A stretch of DNA of 64,000 bases from Thermotogota bacterium (GCA_051748045.1 JBNJGY010000003.1:19629-83628), one strand, 5' to 3'; counted from the stretch's first letter, positions 30,413-42,260 are shown. Notes: a model not told the origin generated them from the letters alone. Made by a program: numbers and translations.

Positions 30413-31206
30413 TGATTGAACTCAAAAAAAATGAAATATTAATTGAAAAAGATGAAATTCCCAAGAAATTCTATTATATTGTTGAAGGTGAAATTGAGCA
30501 TAATAGAAAAACCCTTGGTAAAGACAATTTTCTAGCTTTGATTCATTTCATAACTCAAACTAAAGTTTCCGAAAGATATAAAGTAAAGAAAAATTCTAAA
30601 CTAATTGAATTTAAAGATATAGACCAAATAACAGAGGATATATTACCATCTTTTTTGAAATATATCTCAAGGTATTCAAATAATATAATATTTAAAAATA
30701 CTTTAAACAAAAGGTTCTCTGTAAATGAATTGGTAAATAATAAAGAAAATTTCATAAAAGGTGATACCCTTGATTTGGATTTTTCTAATGATGAAGAGCT
30801 AAATGAGTTATTAAACACTTTTGATTACTTCATGAATGAAAAAGATTCAGAAATAAAACTTCCTGAGAATTTTGAAGATTATAAAAAAGAATTAAAAGAT
30901 TCAATAATAGAATTAAATATATCAAAATTTATCAATTATTGTAAAAAAGGGTTGTATAATTATGAAGAAGAATGGGATGATTTTTTAGATGAACTAATAG
31001 ATCTCGCCATAACTATAAATGATAGAGCTCTAGTTTTGTATTTATTGTATATATCAGGAATGAAAATGGCTGATTATAATAAAATTAACGATCTTATTAA
31101 AAAGAATTGGGAATTTTTAAGGTTTAATAATAACAATATTTGGATTGATTATGCCATGAGATTTGTAAATAACCAACTTCTTTTTGAAGAGGTGTTAAAA
31201 AAATGA
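30412..31206 (+). CDS. Hypothetical protein with degenerate N-terminal cNMP-binding-like domain
   Basis: LKKNEILIEKDE...FYYIVEGEIE...LGKDNFL resembles the cNMP beta-barrel pattern; ATG overlaps the PBP stop (TGATG). Confidence 0.65.
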   Translation: MIELKKNEILIEKDEIPKKFYYIVEGEIEHNRKTLGKDNFLALIHFITQTKVSERYKVKKNSKLIEFKDIDQITEDILPSFLKYISRYSNNIIFKNTLNKRFSVNELVNNKENFIKGDTLDLDFSNDEELNELLNTFDYFMNEKDSEIKLPENFEDYKKELKDSIIELNISKFINYCKKGLYNYEEEWDDFLDELIDLAITINDRALVLYLLYISGMKMADYNKINDLIKKNWEFLRFNNNNIWIDYAMRFVNNQLLFEEVLKK

Positions 31207-31682
31207 ATTATCCACATTTAAAAAATTTTGCTGCAAAAAATAATGGGGTATATTATTTAAAAAATGGAATAGTTGCATCAATTACTTATTCTAAGAAAAA
31301 ACCTTTTTTGGTACATATATTCACTCCAGGAGATTTTGTTGGGGTAGATAAATTTCAAGAAGGGGTTGGTGTTTTAGATTATTTCATATTAACAGAATGT
31401 GATTATGAAATAGTAAATGATGAAGAACTGACAAACGAAAAATATAAACAATCTTTTATGGATTTTCTAAAAACATTTCTTCATGAAATAACTGCTTACA
31501 GATCAGAAACATATGATAAAATTTTAGAATATAATTTGAATAAAATATCAAGATTCTCAAATGAAATTGAAGGGTTGCCTCTTGCATTTGTTAAAGAAAT
31601 GGGAATCAAAGCAGATCTTGATAAATTATTAGAAAATAAGAAAGTTATACTTGAAAATGAAGAATATAAAATAATAAAATAA
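31203..31682 (+). CDS. Hypothetical protein, degenerate Crp/Fnr-like
   Basis: VYYLKNGIV...LVHIFTPGDFVG; ATGA overlap with the upstream gene; SD GAGGTG. Confidence 0.6.
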   Translation: MNYPHLKNFAAKNNGVYYLKNGIVASITYSKKKPFLVHIFTPGDFVGVDKFQEGVGVLDYFILTECDYEIVNDEELTNEKYKQSFMDFLKTFLHEITAYRSETYDKILEYNLNKISRFSNEIEGLPLAFVKEMGIKADLDKLLENKKVILENEEYKIIK

Positions 31683-31720
31683 AAAAGTAACATCCAATTA
31701 ATCAAAAAAATCAGTAAGAA

Positions 31721-31795
31721 TGATAAAATACTGAAATGGATTAGGGTGTTAAAGCTTTGTTTTTTCAATCAAGGTACCTATAATCCGGGCTTTTT
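31721..31795 (+). promoter_or_regulatory. Extended -10 promoter and structured leader of the rplU operon
   Basis: TGATAAAAT followed by a long bulged hairpin at 31738-31786. Confidence 0.55.
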
Positions 31796-31818
31796 ATTTC
31801 AAAACAGGAGGTGACATT

Positions 31819-32133
31819 ATGTACGCTATCATTGATTTTGGTGGAAGACAATACAAAGTAGAAGAAGGCCAATCGTTATTAACAGAAAAAATCAAAGGAA
31901 TAGAACCAGGCACAGACTATGAATTTGATAAAGTAATTCTTGTTAAAAATGATTCAGAAGCAAAAGTTGGAAAGCCTTACGTTGAAGGGGCAAAAGTTAT
32001 TGCTGAAATTGTGGAACATGGGAAAGATAGAAAACTTAAAATAATTAAGTTTAAAGGAAGAAAACAGTATAGAAGAATCAAAGGCCACAGACAGCAATAT
32101 ACAGAAGTAAAAATTAAGAAAATAGACTTGTAA
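31819..32133 (+). CDS. rplU: 50S ribosomal protein L21
   Basis: [30 protein letters not shown]. Confidence 0.98.
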   Translation: MYAIIDFGGRQYKVEEGQSLLTEKIKGIEPGTDYEFDKVILVKNDSEAKVGKPYVEGAKVIAEIVEHGKDRKLKIIKFKGRKQYRRIKGHRQQYTEVKIKKIDL

Positions 32134-32134
32134 T

Positions 32135-32425
32135 ATGGTTAAAGTTTCTTTCTATCAAAACGAAGTTATTTTAAAAGGGCATGCTATGCATGGTGAATAT
32201 GGTCAAGATATAGTTTGTTCTGCAATAAGCTCTATTTCTCAATTTACAGCAGAATTTTTAAAGAGAGAAAAAATTGGTCAATATAACAAAAAAAATGGAT
32301 ATTTAAGAATAAAATATTCTGAAACAGATTTGGCTTTAAAAATTATAGAGCATTTGAAAGAAGCAATTATCAGTATTGAAAAAGATTATCCTGGAAATGT
32401 TAAGGTGGAGGTGAAAAACAAATGA
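32135..32425 (+). CDS. prp: Ribosomal-processing cysteine protease Prp (YsxB)
   Basis: GHA and DIVCSAIS catalytic motifs; lies between rplU and rpmA. Confidence 0.92.
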   Translation: MVKVSFYQNEVILKGHAMHGEYGQDIVCSAISSISQFTAEFLKREKIGQYNKKNGYLRIKYSETDLALKIIEHLKEAIISIEKDYPGNVKVEVKNK

Positions 32426-32688
32426 AATTAGATCTTCAACTCTTTGCTAAGAAAAGCGGATCAGATCAAAACAAACACGATAGTAATCCTAAATATTTAG
32501 GTATAAAAGCAGGAGAAGGTAAAGTTGTTACTGCTGGAACAATAATAATGAGACAAAGAGGAACTAAAATCCATCCAGGCTCAAATGTAGGACTAGGAAG
32601 AGACTTTACATTGTTTGCTAAAAAAGATGGTGTAGTAAGATTTACAACAAAAAATAACAGAAAATACGCAAACATTAACGAAGAATAA
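32422..32688 (+). CDS. rpmA: 50S ribosomal protein L27 with Prp-cleaved N-terminal extension
   Basis: [11 protein letters not shown] cleavage motif, [10 protein letters not shown]. Confidence 0.97.
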   Translation: MKLDLQLFAKKSGSDQNKHDSNPKYLGIKAGEGKVVTAGTIIMRQRGTKIHPGSNVGLGRDFTLFAKKDGVVRFTTKNNRKYANINEE

Positions 32689-33224
32689 TGAAAGCTAAAA
32701 GAATTGCTATCTCAGGAATTTTTGGTGTTATAGCGTTTTTAATCACTTTTATAGAATTTCCTATTTTCCCAGTTTTGCCTTTTTTAAAGTTTGACGCAAG
32801 TGATTCCATAATAATATTTTCAAATATGGTTTATGGCTTTGTTCCTTCCTTATTAACTTTAATTGTTAAAAGTTTTCTATTTTTATTTAAAAGTGGAGAC
32901 GGAGGGCCAATAGGAATACTAATGAACTTTATATCAGGCTTTGTTTTTTTGGGAGTTTTTCAATTGATTAAAAACAAAATAAATATTTTTATATCTTATT
33001 TTATTGCTTCTGCTTTTGTAGGTTTAGCTATGTATTTAGCGAATTATTATATGGCTATTCCAATATATACAAATTCAAACACACCAGATTTTATTAATTC
33101 GCTGGGATTAACTATCACTCAATTTTTCATATTAATATTATTATTTAATTTGATAAAATTTATGGTAGACTCGGTAATAGCATATTTTTTCGATAAAAAA
33201 TTAGAAAAACACTTAAATCCATGA
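32688..33224 (+). CDS. ECF transporter S component (RibU-like)
   Basis: IEFPIFP..PFLKFDASD, GPIGILMNF, FNLIK; multiple TM helices. Confidence 0.85.
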   Translation: MKAKRIAISGIFGVIAFLITFIEFPIFPVLPFLKFDASDSIIIFSNMVYGFVPSLLTLIVKSFLFLFKSGDGGPIGILMNFISGFVFLGVFQLIKNKINIFISYFIASAFVGLAMYLANYYMAIPIYTNSNTPDFINSLGLTITQFFILILLFNLIKFMVDSVIAYFFDKKLEKHLNP

Positions 33225-33238
33225 AAGGAGGATAAGAA

Positions 33239-33688
33239 ATGAATTCAAAAATGATTCAAAAATCATATATGGCTAATCAAGAAGATTCCAAGAACAAAAA
33301 ATGGTTTATTATTGATGCTGAAGGAAAAACATTGGGTAGATTAGCTGGTCAAATTGCAAAAGTTTTACAAGGAAAACATAAACCTACATATACTCCTCAC
33401 ATAGATATGGGAGATTTTGTAGTTGTTATAAATGCAGAAAAAGTTGCACTTACAGGAAGAAAAATGGAACAAAAAACATATTTCAGACATACAGGCTACC
33501 CAGGCGGAGGAAGAACATCTCATATAAAAGATGTTATGGAAAAACATCCTGAAAGAGTTATCGAACACGCCGTAAAAGGAATGTTACCTAAATCAATATT
33601 AGGTAAAAGAATGATTAAAAAATTAAAGGTTTATGCTGGTGTAAAACATCCACATGAAGCACAAAAACCTGAAAATCTAGAATTATAG
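33239..33688 (+). CDS. rplM: 50S ribosomal protein L13
   Basis: [25 protein letters not shown]. Confidence 0.98.
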   Translation: MNSKMIQKSYMANQEDSKNKKWFIIDAEGKTLGRLAGQIAKVLQGKHKPTYTPHIDMGDFVVVINAEKVALTGRKMEQKTYFRHTGYPGGGRTSHIKDVMEKHPERVIEHAVKGMLPKSILGKRMIKKLKVYAGVKHPHEAQKPENLEL

Positions 33689-33701
33689 GAGGGTAGTTTA
33701 A

Positions 33702-34109
33702 ATGGCTGAATTTGTTGATTACTATGGAACTGGTAGAAGAAAAACATCTGTTGCTAGAGTTCACTTAAGACCTGGTACAGGTAAAATAAAAGTTAATGGT
33801 AAAGATTTCGATAATTTTGTTGATTACTTCAATGGAAATAAAGTTTGGGCTCAACATGCTCATGAACCAATTTTAACAGCACAATCAGAAGACAAATTTG
33901 ATTTTGTTATTAGAATTCATGGTGGAGGATACAATGGACAAGCAGGAGCAGTTAGATTAGGTATTGCAAGAGCCTTATTGGAATATGACCCTGAATTAAG
34001 ATCAGAACTTAAAAAAGAAGGTATGCTAACAAGAGACCCAAGAAAAGTAGAAAGAAAGAAATATGGTCTTAGAAAAGCTAGAAAGCATGCACAATTCTCA
34101 AAAAGATAA
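33702..34109 (+). CDS. rpsI: 30S ribosomal protein S9
   Basis: GTGRRKTSVARV, LTRDPR.VERKKYG, QFSKR. Confidence 0.98.
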   Translation: MAEFVDYYGTGRRKTSVARVHLRPGTGKIKVNGKDFDNFVDYFNGNKVWAQHAHEPILTAQSEDKFDFVIRIHGGGYNGQAGAVRLGIARALLEYDPELRSELKKEGMLTRDPRKVERKKYGLRKARKHAQFSKR

Positions 34110-34124
34110 TTTACTTTTTTATAC

Positions 34125-34154
34125 AAAAACGGCTCATATGGGCCGTTTTTTTTT
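34125..34154 (+). terminator. Terminator after rpsI
   Basis: AAAAACGGCTC-ATAT-GGGCCGTTTTTTTTT. Confidence 0.88.
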
Positions 34155-34173
34155 CTAAAGTTGGTGAAAAACA

Positions 34174-35916
34174 ATGTCAGATAAATACACAAATTTCAAA
34201 GAAATAACTCAAAAAATAAAAGATAACACAAATATTGAAGATGTTCTGTCTTCATATATAAATGTAAAAAAAGCAGGTAAAAATTACACAGCTTTATGTC
34301 CATTTCATGCTGAAGATACACCTTCTTTTTATATTTTTCCTGAAACACAAACCTACCATTGTTTCGGGTGTAATGCTCATGGAGATGTCATAAACTTTAT
34401 AAAAGAATATGAAAACATGAGTTTTATAGAAGCATTAAAAAAAGCAGCTTCTATAGCAGGAATAAAACTAGATTTAGATATTAAAAGCAAACCCAAAGAA
34501 ATAGAATTAAATGAATTATATTCTAAAATGACAAATGAAAAACTCTTGACTTTAAGAAAAGATCATAAAGTTTGGAAATTTCTAAAAGATAGAGAAATTT
34601 CAGAAAGTACAGTTAGAGAATTTGAGTTAGGTTATTCTTCAGGAAAAGAAGTTGAAAAAGCATTAGATGAAAGTTTATTTGAAGAAAAAATGGCAGAAGA
34701 TATTGGTTTATTTAATAATAAAAGAGAATTTTTTTATAATAGATTAATTATACCTATAAAAGATGGAAAAGGCCAAATTGTTGGTTTTGCTGGAAGGGCT
34801 ATTGATCAAGCTACTAAACCAAAATATGTAAACACTAAAGAAAATAAGTTTTTTAAAAAATCTAAAATAATGTATTTATTTGATAAATCAAAAAAATACA
34901 TTCAAGAAAACGATATGGTAATTATAACTGAAGGTTTTTTTGATGCTATAGCTATGCATAATTCTGGTTATAAAAATACCATTGCTGTTCTTGGTTCTTC
35001 TCTAACAAAAGATCATGCATTTGAATTAATGAAGAAAACTAATAAAGTCATAACAATGTTTGATATGGATTCAGCAGGTGAAAAAGCTACCTTGTCAGCT
35101 ATTGAAACTTTATTTCCAAAAAATTTTCAAATAGCTGTTGCTAACTATGAAGCGAAAGATCCAGATGAATTGATTCAAAAAACAGGTAAAAAAAATCTCG
35201 CTGAAACATTAAAAAAATCATATAAATTTCATGAATATATAATTGATATTAAGAAAAAACATTATGATCTTGAAAATGAATTTGCAATGGAACAATATTT
35301 AAAAGAAATGGCGAAATGGTATAAAAAATTTCAAGTTTATAAAAGATATGAAATAATGGACTCTTTTGTAAATAAACTATCAAAAGATTTTTTAAAAGAC
35401 AAAGATTTAATAGAGAAAATATTACGAGAACATTCAAAAAGATTAAAAGATAGCAAGGTAATCATAAAAGAAAATACACATAATCCTCAAAATGTTGAAA
35501 AACAAATAAGATATGATTTAGGTAAGTCATTTATATATTTATGGCTAAAATACCCTGAATATAGAGAAAAAATCATGGAAATTGCTGATGAAGAACTTCC
35601 AGAAAACCCATTAAGAGAATTTATAGTTTTGTTAAGAGAAGGGAAAAAACTTCCTGAAATTCTTGAGGCTTCGTCAGATGACTTATCAGAAATTGTTTCA
35701 GAAATATGGAAGGTTGATTATTCTTTCAATCCTGAAAGAATAATGTTTGAATTGGAAAAAACATTCAATAAAATAAAAACAAACAGAGAGATTGAAAAGT
35801 TAAAATCACAGTTAAAAGATGAAGATGATTTTAAAAAACGTGCTGAACTGACGAGAGAAATAATAAAATTGTATTCAAAAATAAAGAATAACGGAGGTAA
35901 TAATCCACATGGCTAA
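34174..35916 (+). CDS. dnaG: DNA primase
   Basis: [15 protein letters not shown] Zn finger, PKYVN, EGFFD, FDMDSAG, KDPDE. Confidence 0.96.
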   Translation: MSDKYTNFKEITQKIKDNTNIEDVLSSYINVKKAGKNYTALCPFHAEDTPSFYIFPETQTYHCFGCNAHGDVINFIKEYENMSFIEALKKAASIAGIKLDLDIKSKPKEIELNELYSKMTNEKLLTLRKDHKVWKFLKDREISESTVREFELGYSSGKEVEKALDESLFEEKMAEDIGLFNNKREFFYNRLIIPIKDGKGQIVGFAGRAIDQATKPKYVNTKENKFFKKSKIMYLFDKSKKYIQENDMVIITEGFFDAIAMHNSGYKNTIAVLGSSLTKDHAFELMKKTNKVITMFDMDSAGEKATLSAIETLFPKNFQIAVANYEAKDPDELIQKTGKKNLAETLKKSYKFHEYIIDIKKKHYDLENEFAMEQYLKEMAKWYKKFQVYKRYEIMDSFVNKLSKDFLKDKDLIEKILREHSKRLKDSKVIIKENTHNPQNVEKQIRYDLGKSFIYLWLKYPEYREKIMEIADEELPENPLREFIVLLREGKKLPEILEASSDDLSEIVSEIWKVDYSFNPERIMFELEKTFNKIKTNREIEKLKSQLKDEDDFKKRAELTREIIKLYSKIKNNGGNNPHG

Positions 35917-37156
35917 AAGCAAGTTAAAACAACAAAAAGTTGACGATGCAATAAAAAAATTGGGGAATATTGAAATAGTAGATGATGACAAAGTAAAAAT
36001 AAAAAGAAACAAAGAAAAATATACAAAAAAATTGTCAAAAATGCTACAAGATATTAGAAAAAAAGCAAAAGAAAACAACAAAAAGTTAACTTATGAAATG
36101 ATAGATAAATACATACCCCAAGAGATGTCAGACCTTATTGATAGTGATTTTATTGAAAAGTTATATACAATTTTAGAAGAAGATGGAATAGAAATAATAG
36201 AAGAAGATAATATTGAAGAAGCTAAAGAAGAATTATCAAATGAAGATAGTGACGAAATAGTTAAAATATTTGGACATACATTTGAAATGTATGATAATAT
36301 ATCTTTAAATGACCCTATAAAAATATATTTAAAAGAAATAGGAAGAATAGGCCTTTTAACCCCAAGAAGAGAAAGATTAATTGCTCAAAGAGCCAATAAA
36401 GGAGATAGGAAATCTAGAGATTTATTAATAAAAGCAAATTTAAGACTTGTTATTAGTATTGCAAAAAGATATACTAATAGAGGATTGAGTTTTTTAGATC
36501 TTATCCAAGAAGGAAACATAGGGCTTATAAAAGCTGTTAATAAATTTGATTGGAAAAAAGGTTTTAAATTTTCAACATATGCAACATGGTGGATTAGACA
36601 GGCGATCACAAGAGCTATTGCAGATCAAGCAAGAACAATAAGAATACCTGTTCACATGGTAGAAACTATAAATAGATTGAACAAAGTAATTAGAGAATAT
36701 TTACAAGAAAATGGAGAATACCCTTCTAATGAAGAATTGTCAAAATTAATGGACAAGCCAGTGGAAAAAATAGATGAAATACTTATGGCTGCTAGAGAAA
36801 CGATATCAGCTGATTCTCCTATTGGAGGCTCGGATGATGATGATACTTCTATAGGCGACTTTCTGGCGGATAACAACGCTGACCAACCTGAAGAAGCAGC
36901 GGTAAAAATGATTTTAAGAGAAGAAATAGAAAAAATATTAGATACCTTACAACCTAAAGAAGCCACAGTTTTAAAAATGAGATATGGGTTATTAGATGGA
37001 AAAGTAAAAACACTCGAAGAAGTTGGTAAATTTTTCAATGTAACAAGAGAAAGAATTAGACAAATAGAAGTAAAAGCGTTGAGAAAACTAAGGCATCCGA
37101 GTAGAAGCACACAGTTGAAAGAACTAAGCAATATGTTAGGAAAGAAAATTCTTTGA
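35909..37156 (+). CDS. rpoD: Primary RNA polymerase sigma factor SigA/RpoD
   Basis: [58 protein letters not shown]. Confidence 0.97.
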   Translation: MAKSKLKQQKVDDAIKKLGNIEIVDDDKVKIKRNKEKYTKKLSKMLQDIRKKAKENNKKLTYEMIDKYIPQEMSDLIDSDFIEKLYTILEEDGIEIIEEDNIEEAKEELSNEDSDEIVKIFGHTFEMYDNISLNDPIKIYLKEIGRIGLLTPRRERLIAQRANKGDRKSRDLLIKANLRLVISIAKRYTNRGLSFLDLIQEGNIGLIKAVNKFDWKKGFKFSTYATWWIRQAITRAIADQARTIRIPVHMVETINRLNKVIREYLQENGEYPSNEELSKLMDKPVEKIDEILMAARETISADSPIGGSDDDDTSIGDFLADNNADQPEEAAVKMILREEIEKILDTLQPKEATVLKMRYGLLDGKVKTLEEVGKFFNVTRERIRQIEVKALRKLRHPSRSTQLKELSNMLGKKIL

Positions 37157-37175
37157 AATAAAGGGGATCTTCTAA

Positions 37176-39146
37176 ATGGAAGAAAATAAAAAAATATTTG
37201 AAATAAAAAAAGAAATACCTAATTTTTTAAAAGATAATTTAGATGAAGAACAGCTTGATGCTGTTTTAAATTCTAAAGGTAATTCATTAATAATAGCTGG
37301 GCCTGGTTCTGGAAAGACTAGAGTTATAACATATAAAATAGCATATTTATTAACTCAAGGTGTAAAAGCTAATGAAATAATGTTAGTGACTTTTACAAGA
37401 GCTGCAGCTAAGCAAATGACTGAAAGAATTAGAAATGCTACAGATCAAGATATAAGTGGAATTACAGCAGGTACATTTCACCATGTATGTAATGCTATTT
37501 TGAGAAGATATTCTAAAACAATAGGTTATGAAAATAACTTTTCTATACTAGATGCAGAAGATGCTAAAGATCTTTTAAAAATAATCAGAAACGAATATAA
37601 AGAGGGAATGGGGGAATTAGGTAAAAAATTCCCAAAAGAATCTGTTATACAAAAAGTTATATCTTATGCTTCTAACACTTTAAAATCTATAAGAGAAAGT
37701 ATACTAGAAATAGCTCCGTATTTAATAGATTTTGAAAATGACATTGAACATATTTGGGGCAATTATCAAGAAATGAAAAAAAATATAAATGCAATGGACT
37801 ATGATGATTTATTAGTTAATACTGCTCATTTATTATCATTTAACAAAAGGGCACTTAATGATATATCTTCTAAATATAAGTATGTATTGGTAGATGAATT
37901 TCAAGATACAAATAAAATTCAACTTGAAATAGTACAAGCAATTAGTTCTAATTCAAAAAATCTTATAGTAGTTGGTGATGATTCCCAAAGTATATATTCT
38001 TTTAGAGGAGCTAGATATGAAAATGTTGAAGAGTTTATTAAAAGTGAAGATACAAAACTTTTCAAAATCCAAACAAATTATAGAAGTACTCCAAACTTAG
38101 TTTCTTTTATTAATAAAATGCTTCCAAGTAATTCTGTTGAGAAAAATTTGAAATCTGTTAGAAAAGAATATATAAAACCAAACGTCATAGAAACTTTTGA
38201 TGATCTTGAACAATCTGAAGCTGTATTAAAAATAATAGAGGATAAAATAGATGAAGAAATAGACTTAAACGAAATAGCAATTCTATATAGATCTCACGCT
38301 TTATCTATGACACTTCAACAAAAATTAGATGCAAGACAAATTCCATATAGATTACTATCAGGAAAAAGATTCATAGAAACAAAACATATAAAAGATATTT
38401 TATCCTTCTTAAAAATATCATACAATCCACATGATAATGTATCTTGGAATAGATCTTTAAAACTTTTTAGTGGGATAGGTGTCAAGACTGCTTCAAACAT
38501 CTATAAATCATTAACTTCTCAATTAAAAGAAGGAATAAATATCCTAGATGCATTAGAAAATACAAAACTAAAAAAATTTAAAGAGCCATATAATTTTTAC
38601 TATGAACTTTTTGAAAAGAATAAAAACAAGCCAAATGAAATTATAAATTTTGTTTTTGAAGAATTCTATAAAGAATATTCGAATTTAACTTTCAGAAATT
38701 CTGCTTCAAGAAATATGGATATTGAAAGATTTCAGGATATTTCTGCCCAATATGAATCTCTGATGAAATTTTTAGAAGAAATGACATTGAGTGAAAATAT
38801 AACAGTAAAATCTGCTGAGAGAGATCAAAAAGATGAACAAATTACTTTAACAACTGTTCATGGAGCAAAAGGACTTGAATGGAAAGTAGTAATATTAATT
38901 TCTGCCAATCCAGGAGATTTTCCAAATGGAATGGCAATAAAAGAGAAAAAACTAGATGAAGAAGAAAGGCTTTTTTATGTTGCTATCACAAGGGCGAAAG
39001 ATGAATTATACATTTTAAAACAAATAACTGGATCAACTAATCCATTTATGAGTAATTCATATGTTTTTGTAAAAAAAGAACATGATTTTGTTAAAAATAT
39101 CCCGCAAAATTTAGTAGAAATACTCAGAACGAGTTATAAATATTAA
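37176..39146 (+). CDS. UvrD/PcrA-family SF1 ATP-dependent DNA helicase
   Basis: AGPGSGKT, DEFQDTN, VGDDSQSIYSFRGA, TVHGAKGLEW, EEERLFYVAITRAK. Confidence 0.93.
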   Translation: MEENKKIFEIKKEIPNFLKDNLDEEQLDAVLNSKGNSLIIAGPGSGKTRVITYKIAYLLTQGVKANEIMLVTFTRAAAKQMTERIRNATDQDISGITAGTFHHVCNAILRRYSKTIGYENNFSILDAEDAKDLLKIIRNEYKEGMGELGKKFPKESVIQKVISYASNTLKSIRESILEIAPYLIDFENDIEHIWGNYQEMKKNINAMDYDDLLVNTAHLLSFNKRALNDISSKYKYVLVDEFQDTNKIQLEIVQAISSNSKNLIVVGDDSQSIYSFRGARYENVEEFIKSEDTKLFKIQTNYRSTPNLVSFINKMLPSNSVEKNLKSVRKEYIKPNVIETFDDLEQSEAVLKIIEDKIDEEIDLNEIAILYRSHALSMTLQQKLDARQIPYRLLSGKRFIETKHIKDILSFLKISYNPHDNVSWNRSLKLFSGIGVKTASNIYKSLTSQLKEGINILDALENTKLKKFKEPYNFYYELFEKNKNKPNEIINFVFEEFYKEYSNLTFRNSASRNMDIERFQDISAQYESLMKFLEEMTLSENITVKSAERDQKDEQITLTTVHGAKGLEWKVVILISANPGDFPNGMAIKEKKLDEEERLFYVAITRAKDELYILKQITGSTNPFMSNSYVFVKKEHDFVKNIPQNLVEILRTSYKY

Positions 39147-39188
39147 GGTTTATACAAACAATTAAAATATAATGTTAACCCAATTTAA

Positions 39189-39217
39189 TTGAAATTTAAA
39201 ATTTAATAATGTAGAAT
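39189..39217 (+). promoter_or_regulatory. Promoter of the str operon
   Basis: TTGAAA, 17-bp spacer, TAGAAT. Confidence 0.7.
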
Positions 39218-39263
39218 ATAACGTGGTATTTTAAAAATAAAACGGAAGGAGGGCAAATAATTA

Positions 39264-39638
39264 ATGCCTACTATTAATCAATTGATTCGTTTCGGTAGAA
39301 AACAATCAACAAAGAAAACAAAATCACCAGCTTTGAAAGCAAATCCTCAAAAAAGAGGAGTTTGTGTAAGAGTTTCAACTATGACACCTAAAAAACCAAA
39401 CTCAGCTTTAAGAAAGATCGCAAGGGTTAGACTTTCAAATGGAATTGAAGCAACATCATACATTCCAGGTGAAGGACACAATCTACAAGAACATTCCAAC
39501 GTATTGTTAAGAGGTGGAAGAACTAGAGACCTTCCAGGTGTTAGATATAAGGTAATAAGAGGAACATTAGATACAGCTGGAGTTGACGGTAGAAGACAAT
39601 CAAGAAGTAAATATGGTACAAAGAGACCTAAAGAATAA
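39264..39638 (+). CDS. rpsL: 30S ribosomal protein S12
   Basis: [24 protein letters not shown]. Confidence 0.99.
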   Translation: MPTINQLIRFGRKQSTKKTKSPALKANPQKRGVCVRVSTMTPKKPNSALRKIARVRLSNGIEATSYIPGEGHNLQEHSNVLLRGGRTRDLPGVRYKVIRGTLDTAGVDGRRQSRSKYGTKRPKE

Positions 39639-39653
39639 GGAGGGTTGAACTGA

Positions 39654-40121
39654 ATGAGAAGAAGAAGAGCAGAAAAGAGAAAAATAATCGCTGATCCAAT
39701 TTATAATGATGAATTGATCACAAAATTAGTTAATAGAGTTATGTTAGATGGACAAAAATCAAAAGCACAAAAAATAGTTTATGGTGCATTAGAAGTATTA
39801 AAAGAAAAAACTGGTGAAGAAGCAGTTGAATCCTTCCATAAAGCTATAGAAAATGTAAAACCTTTGGTAGAAGTTAGATCAAGAAGAATTGGTGGGGCTA
39901 CATACCAAGTACCATTTGAAGTAGCTGAAAGAAGAGCATTGTCTCTAGCTTTAAGATGGATTGTAACTTCAGCTAGAACAAAACAAGGTAGACCAATGAT
40001 TGACAGATTATCTCAAGAATTAATTGATGCATACAATGGCGTAGGTGCTGCTGTTAAGAGAAAAGATGACGTTCATAAAATGGCTGATGCTAACAAAGCA
40101 TTTGCTCACTACAGATGGTAA
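39654..40121 (+). CDS. rpsG: 30S ribosomal protein S7
   Basis: [25 protein letters not shown]. Confidence 0.99.
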   Translation: MRRRRAEKRKIIADPIYNDELITKLVNRVMLDGQKSKAQKIVYGALEVLKEKTGEEAVESFHKAIENVKPLVEVRSRRIGGATYQVPFEVAERRALSLALRWIVTSARTKQGRPMIDRLSQELIDAYNGVGAAVKRKDDVHKMADANKAFAHYRW

Positions 40122-40138
40122 TTTAGGAGGGATTAGAC

Positions 40139-42226
40139 TTGAAAGAGAGAAAATTAACCCTCGATAAAATTAGAAATATCGGGATTATAGCACATATAGA
40201 TGCAGGGAAGACAACTACAACCGAAAGAATATTATTTTATACAGGTTCAAAACATAAAATCGGTTCTGTTGATGACGGAACTGCAGAAATGGACTGGATG
40301 GAACAAGAAAAAGAAAGAGGTATTACAATAACTTCAGCTGCTACTACAGCTTTTTGGAAAGATTATAGAATAAATATTATTGATACACCCGGTCACGTGG
40401 ACTTTACTGTAGAAGTTGAAAGGGCTTTAAGAATACTAGATGGAGCCGTTGCGGTATTTGATGCTCAAGTTGGAGTTGAACCACAATCAGAAACTGTTTG
40501 GAGACAAGCAGATAAATATAGTGTACCAAGAATAGCGTTCATGAATAAAATGGACAAAATTGGTGCTAACTTTTTTAATGCTGTTCAAACTATGGTTGAC
40601 AAACTTGGAACAAACCCAGTTGCCATGCAAGTACCAATTGGCGCAGAGAATGATTTCAAAGGTGTTGTTGACTTAATAACAATGAAAGCTTATGTTTGGA
40701 ATTCTGAAGATGGAATGGATTTTGAAGAAACAGAAATTCCTGAAGATTTAAAAGATATATCAGAAGAAAAAAGAGAAGATCTAATAGCAGCAGCAGCTGA
40801 ATTTGATGAAGAACTAATGGAATTATATATAGGTGGAGAAGAAATAAAAGAAGAACAGTTAAAATCTGCAATTAGAAAAGGTACATTAGATAATAATCTA
40901 ATACCTGTTTATTGTGGAACAGCATTTAAAAACAAAGCAGTACAACCAGTTTTAAATGCCATAGTTGATTTCTTACCTTCTCCATTAGAAATGCCACCAG
41001 TAAATGCATTTGATGAACAAACAGGTGAATTCATAAAAGAAGTCGAGCCAACTAAAAATGAAGATTTCTTAGCATTAGCGTTTAAAATAATGGTGGATCC
41101 TTTTGTTGGTAAATTAACATTTATGAGAGTATATTCTGGTTCATTAGAAAAAGGAAGTTATGTTTTAAATACAACAAAAGGGAAAAAAGAAAGAATTTCA
41201 AGATTAATGTTCATGCATTCAGATAAGAGAGAAGAAGTAGATTATGTAAGAGCTGGAGACATTGTTGGTGTAGTAGGTTTAAAAGACACAGCAACTGGAG
41301 ATACTTTAGCTTCTGAAAGTTCAGACTTAATTCTTGAAAAATTAGAATTTCCTGAACCAGTTATTAGTGTTTCTATAGAACCTGAGACAAAAAATGATGA
41401 ACAAAAATTATCTAAAGCTTTAGCAGGACTTACTGATGAAGATCCAAGTCTAACTGCTTATGTAGATCATGATACAGGAGAAACGATTCTTTCTGGAATG
41501 GGAGAATTACATCTTGAAATTATAGTTGATAGAATAAAAAGGGAACATAAAGTAGACGTAAAGGTTGGTCAACCACAAGTTGCTTACAGAGAAACAATCA
41601 AACAAGAAGCTGATGTTGAAACAAAATATGTAAGACAATCTGGTGGTAAAGGTCAATATGGACATGTTAAATTAAAATTAGAACCATTAGTTACTGATGA
41701 AGATAAAAATTTTGAATTTGTTGATAAAATTGTTGGTGGTGTTATTCCTAAAGAATACATACCTGCAGTTCAAAACGGTATAAAAGAATCAATGCAAAAT
41801 GGTATATTAGCTGGTTATCCAATGGTTAATGTAAAAGCTACATTATACGATGGATCATATCATGAAGTTGACTCTTCTGAAATGGCTTTTAAAATAGCTG
41901 GATCAATGGCTTATAAAGATGCTGCTAAAAAAGCAAAACCTGTTTTATTAGAACCTGTAATGAAAGTAGATGTAACTACTCCAGAAGAATACATGGGAGA
42001 TATTATAGCTGACTTGAATTCTAGAAGAGGTAGAATAGATGGTTTTGATAATGTAGGTGGTTCTAATACTAGAATAGTTCATGCTTTTGTTCCTCTTTCA
42101 GAATTATTTGGATATGCTACAGCTATGAGATCTCTATCACAAGGAAGAGCAACAAATTCTATACAATTTGCAAAATATGAAGAAGTTCCAGCCAATGTCG
42201 CTGAAAAAATAATAAATCAAGAATAA
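40139..42226 (+). CDS. fusA: Elongation factor G
   Basis: [40 protein letters not shown] start. Confidence 0.99.
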   Translation: MKERKLTLDKIRNIGIIAHIDAGKTTTTERILFYTGSKHKIGSVDDGTAEMDWMEQEKERGITITSAATTAFWKDYRINIIDTPGHVDFTVEVERALRILDGAVAVFDAQVGVEPQSETVWRQADKYSVPRIAFMNKMDKIGANFFNAVQTMVDKLGTNPVAMQVPIGAENDFKGVVDLITMKAYVWNSEDGMDFEETEIPEDLKDISEEKREDLIAAAAEFDEELMELYIGGEEIKEEQLKSAIRKGTLDNNLIPVYCGTAFKNKAVQPVLNAIVDFLPSPLEMPPVNAFDEQTGEFIKEVEPTKNEDFLALAFKIMVDPFVGKLTFMRVYSGSLEKGSYVLNTTKGKKERISRLMFMHSDKREEVDYVRAGDIVGVVGLKDTATGDTLASESSDLILEKLEFPEPVISVSIEPETKNDEQKLSKALAGLTDEDPSLTAYVDHDTGETILSGMGELHLEIIVDRIKREHKVDVKVGQPQVAYRETIKQEADVETKYVRQSGGKGQYGHVKLKLEPLVTDEDKNFEFVDKIVGGVIPKEYIPAVQNGIKESMQNGILAGYPMVNVKATLYDGSYHEVDSSEMAFKIAGSMAYKDAAKKAKPVLLEPVMKVDVTTPEEYMGDIIADLNSRRGRIDGFDNVGGSNTRIVHAFVPLSELFGYATAMRSLSQGRATNSIQFAKYEEVPANVAEKIINQE

Positions 42227-42231
42227 TTAGG

Positions 42232-42260
42232 TTGAAGTCTATATAAAAATAATGTATAAT
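42232..42260 (+). promoter_or_regulatory. Internal promoter for tuf
   Basis: TTGAAG, 17-bp spacer, TATAAT in the fusA-tuf spacer. Confidence 0.75.
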
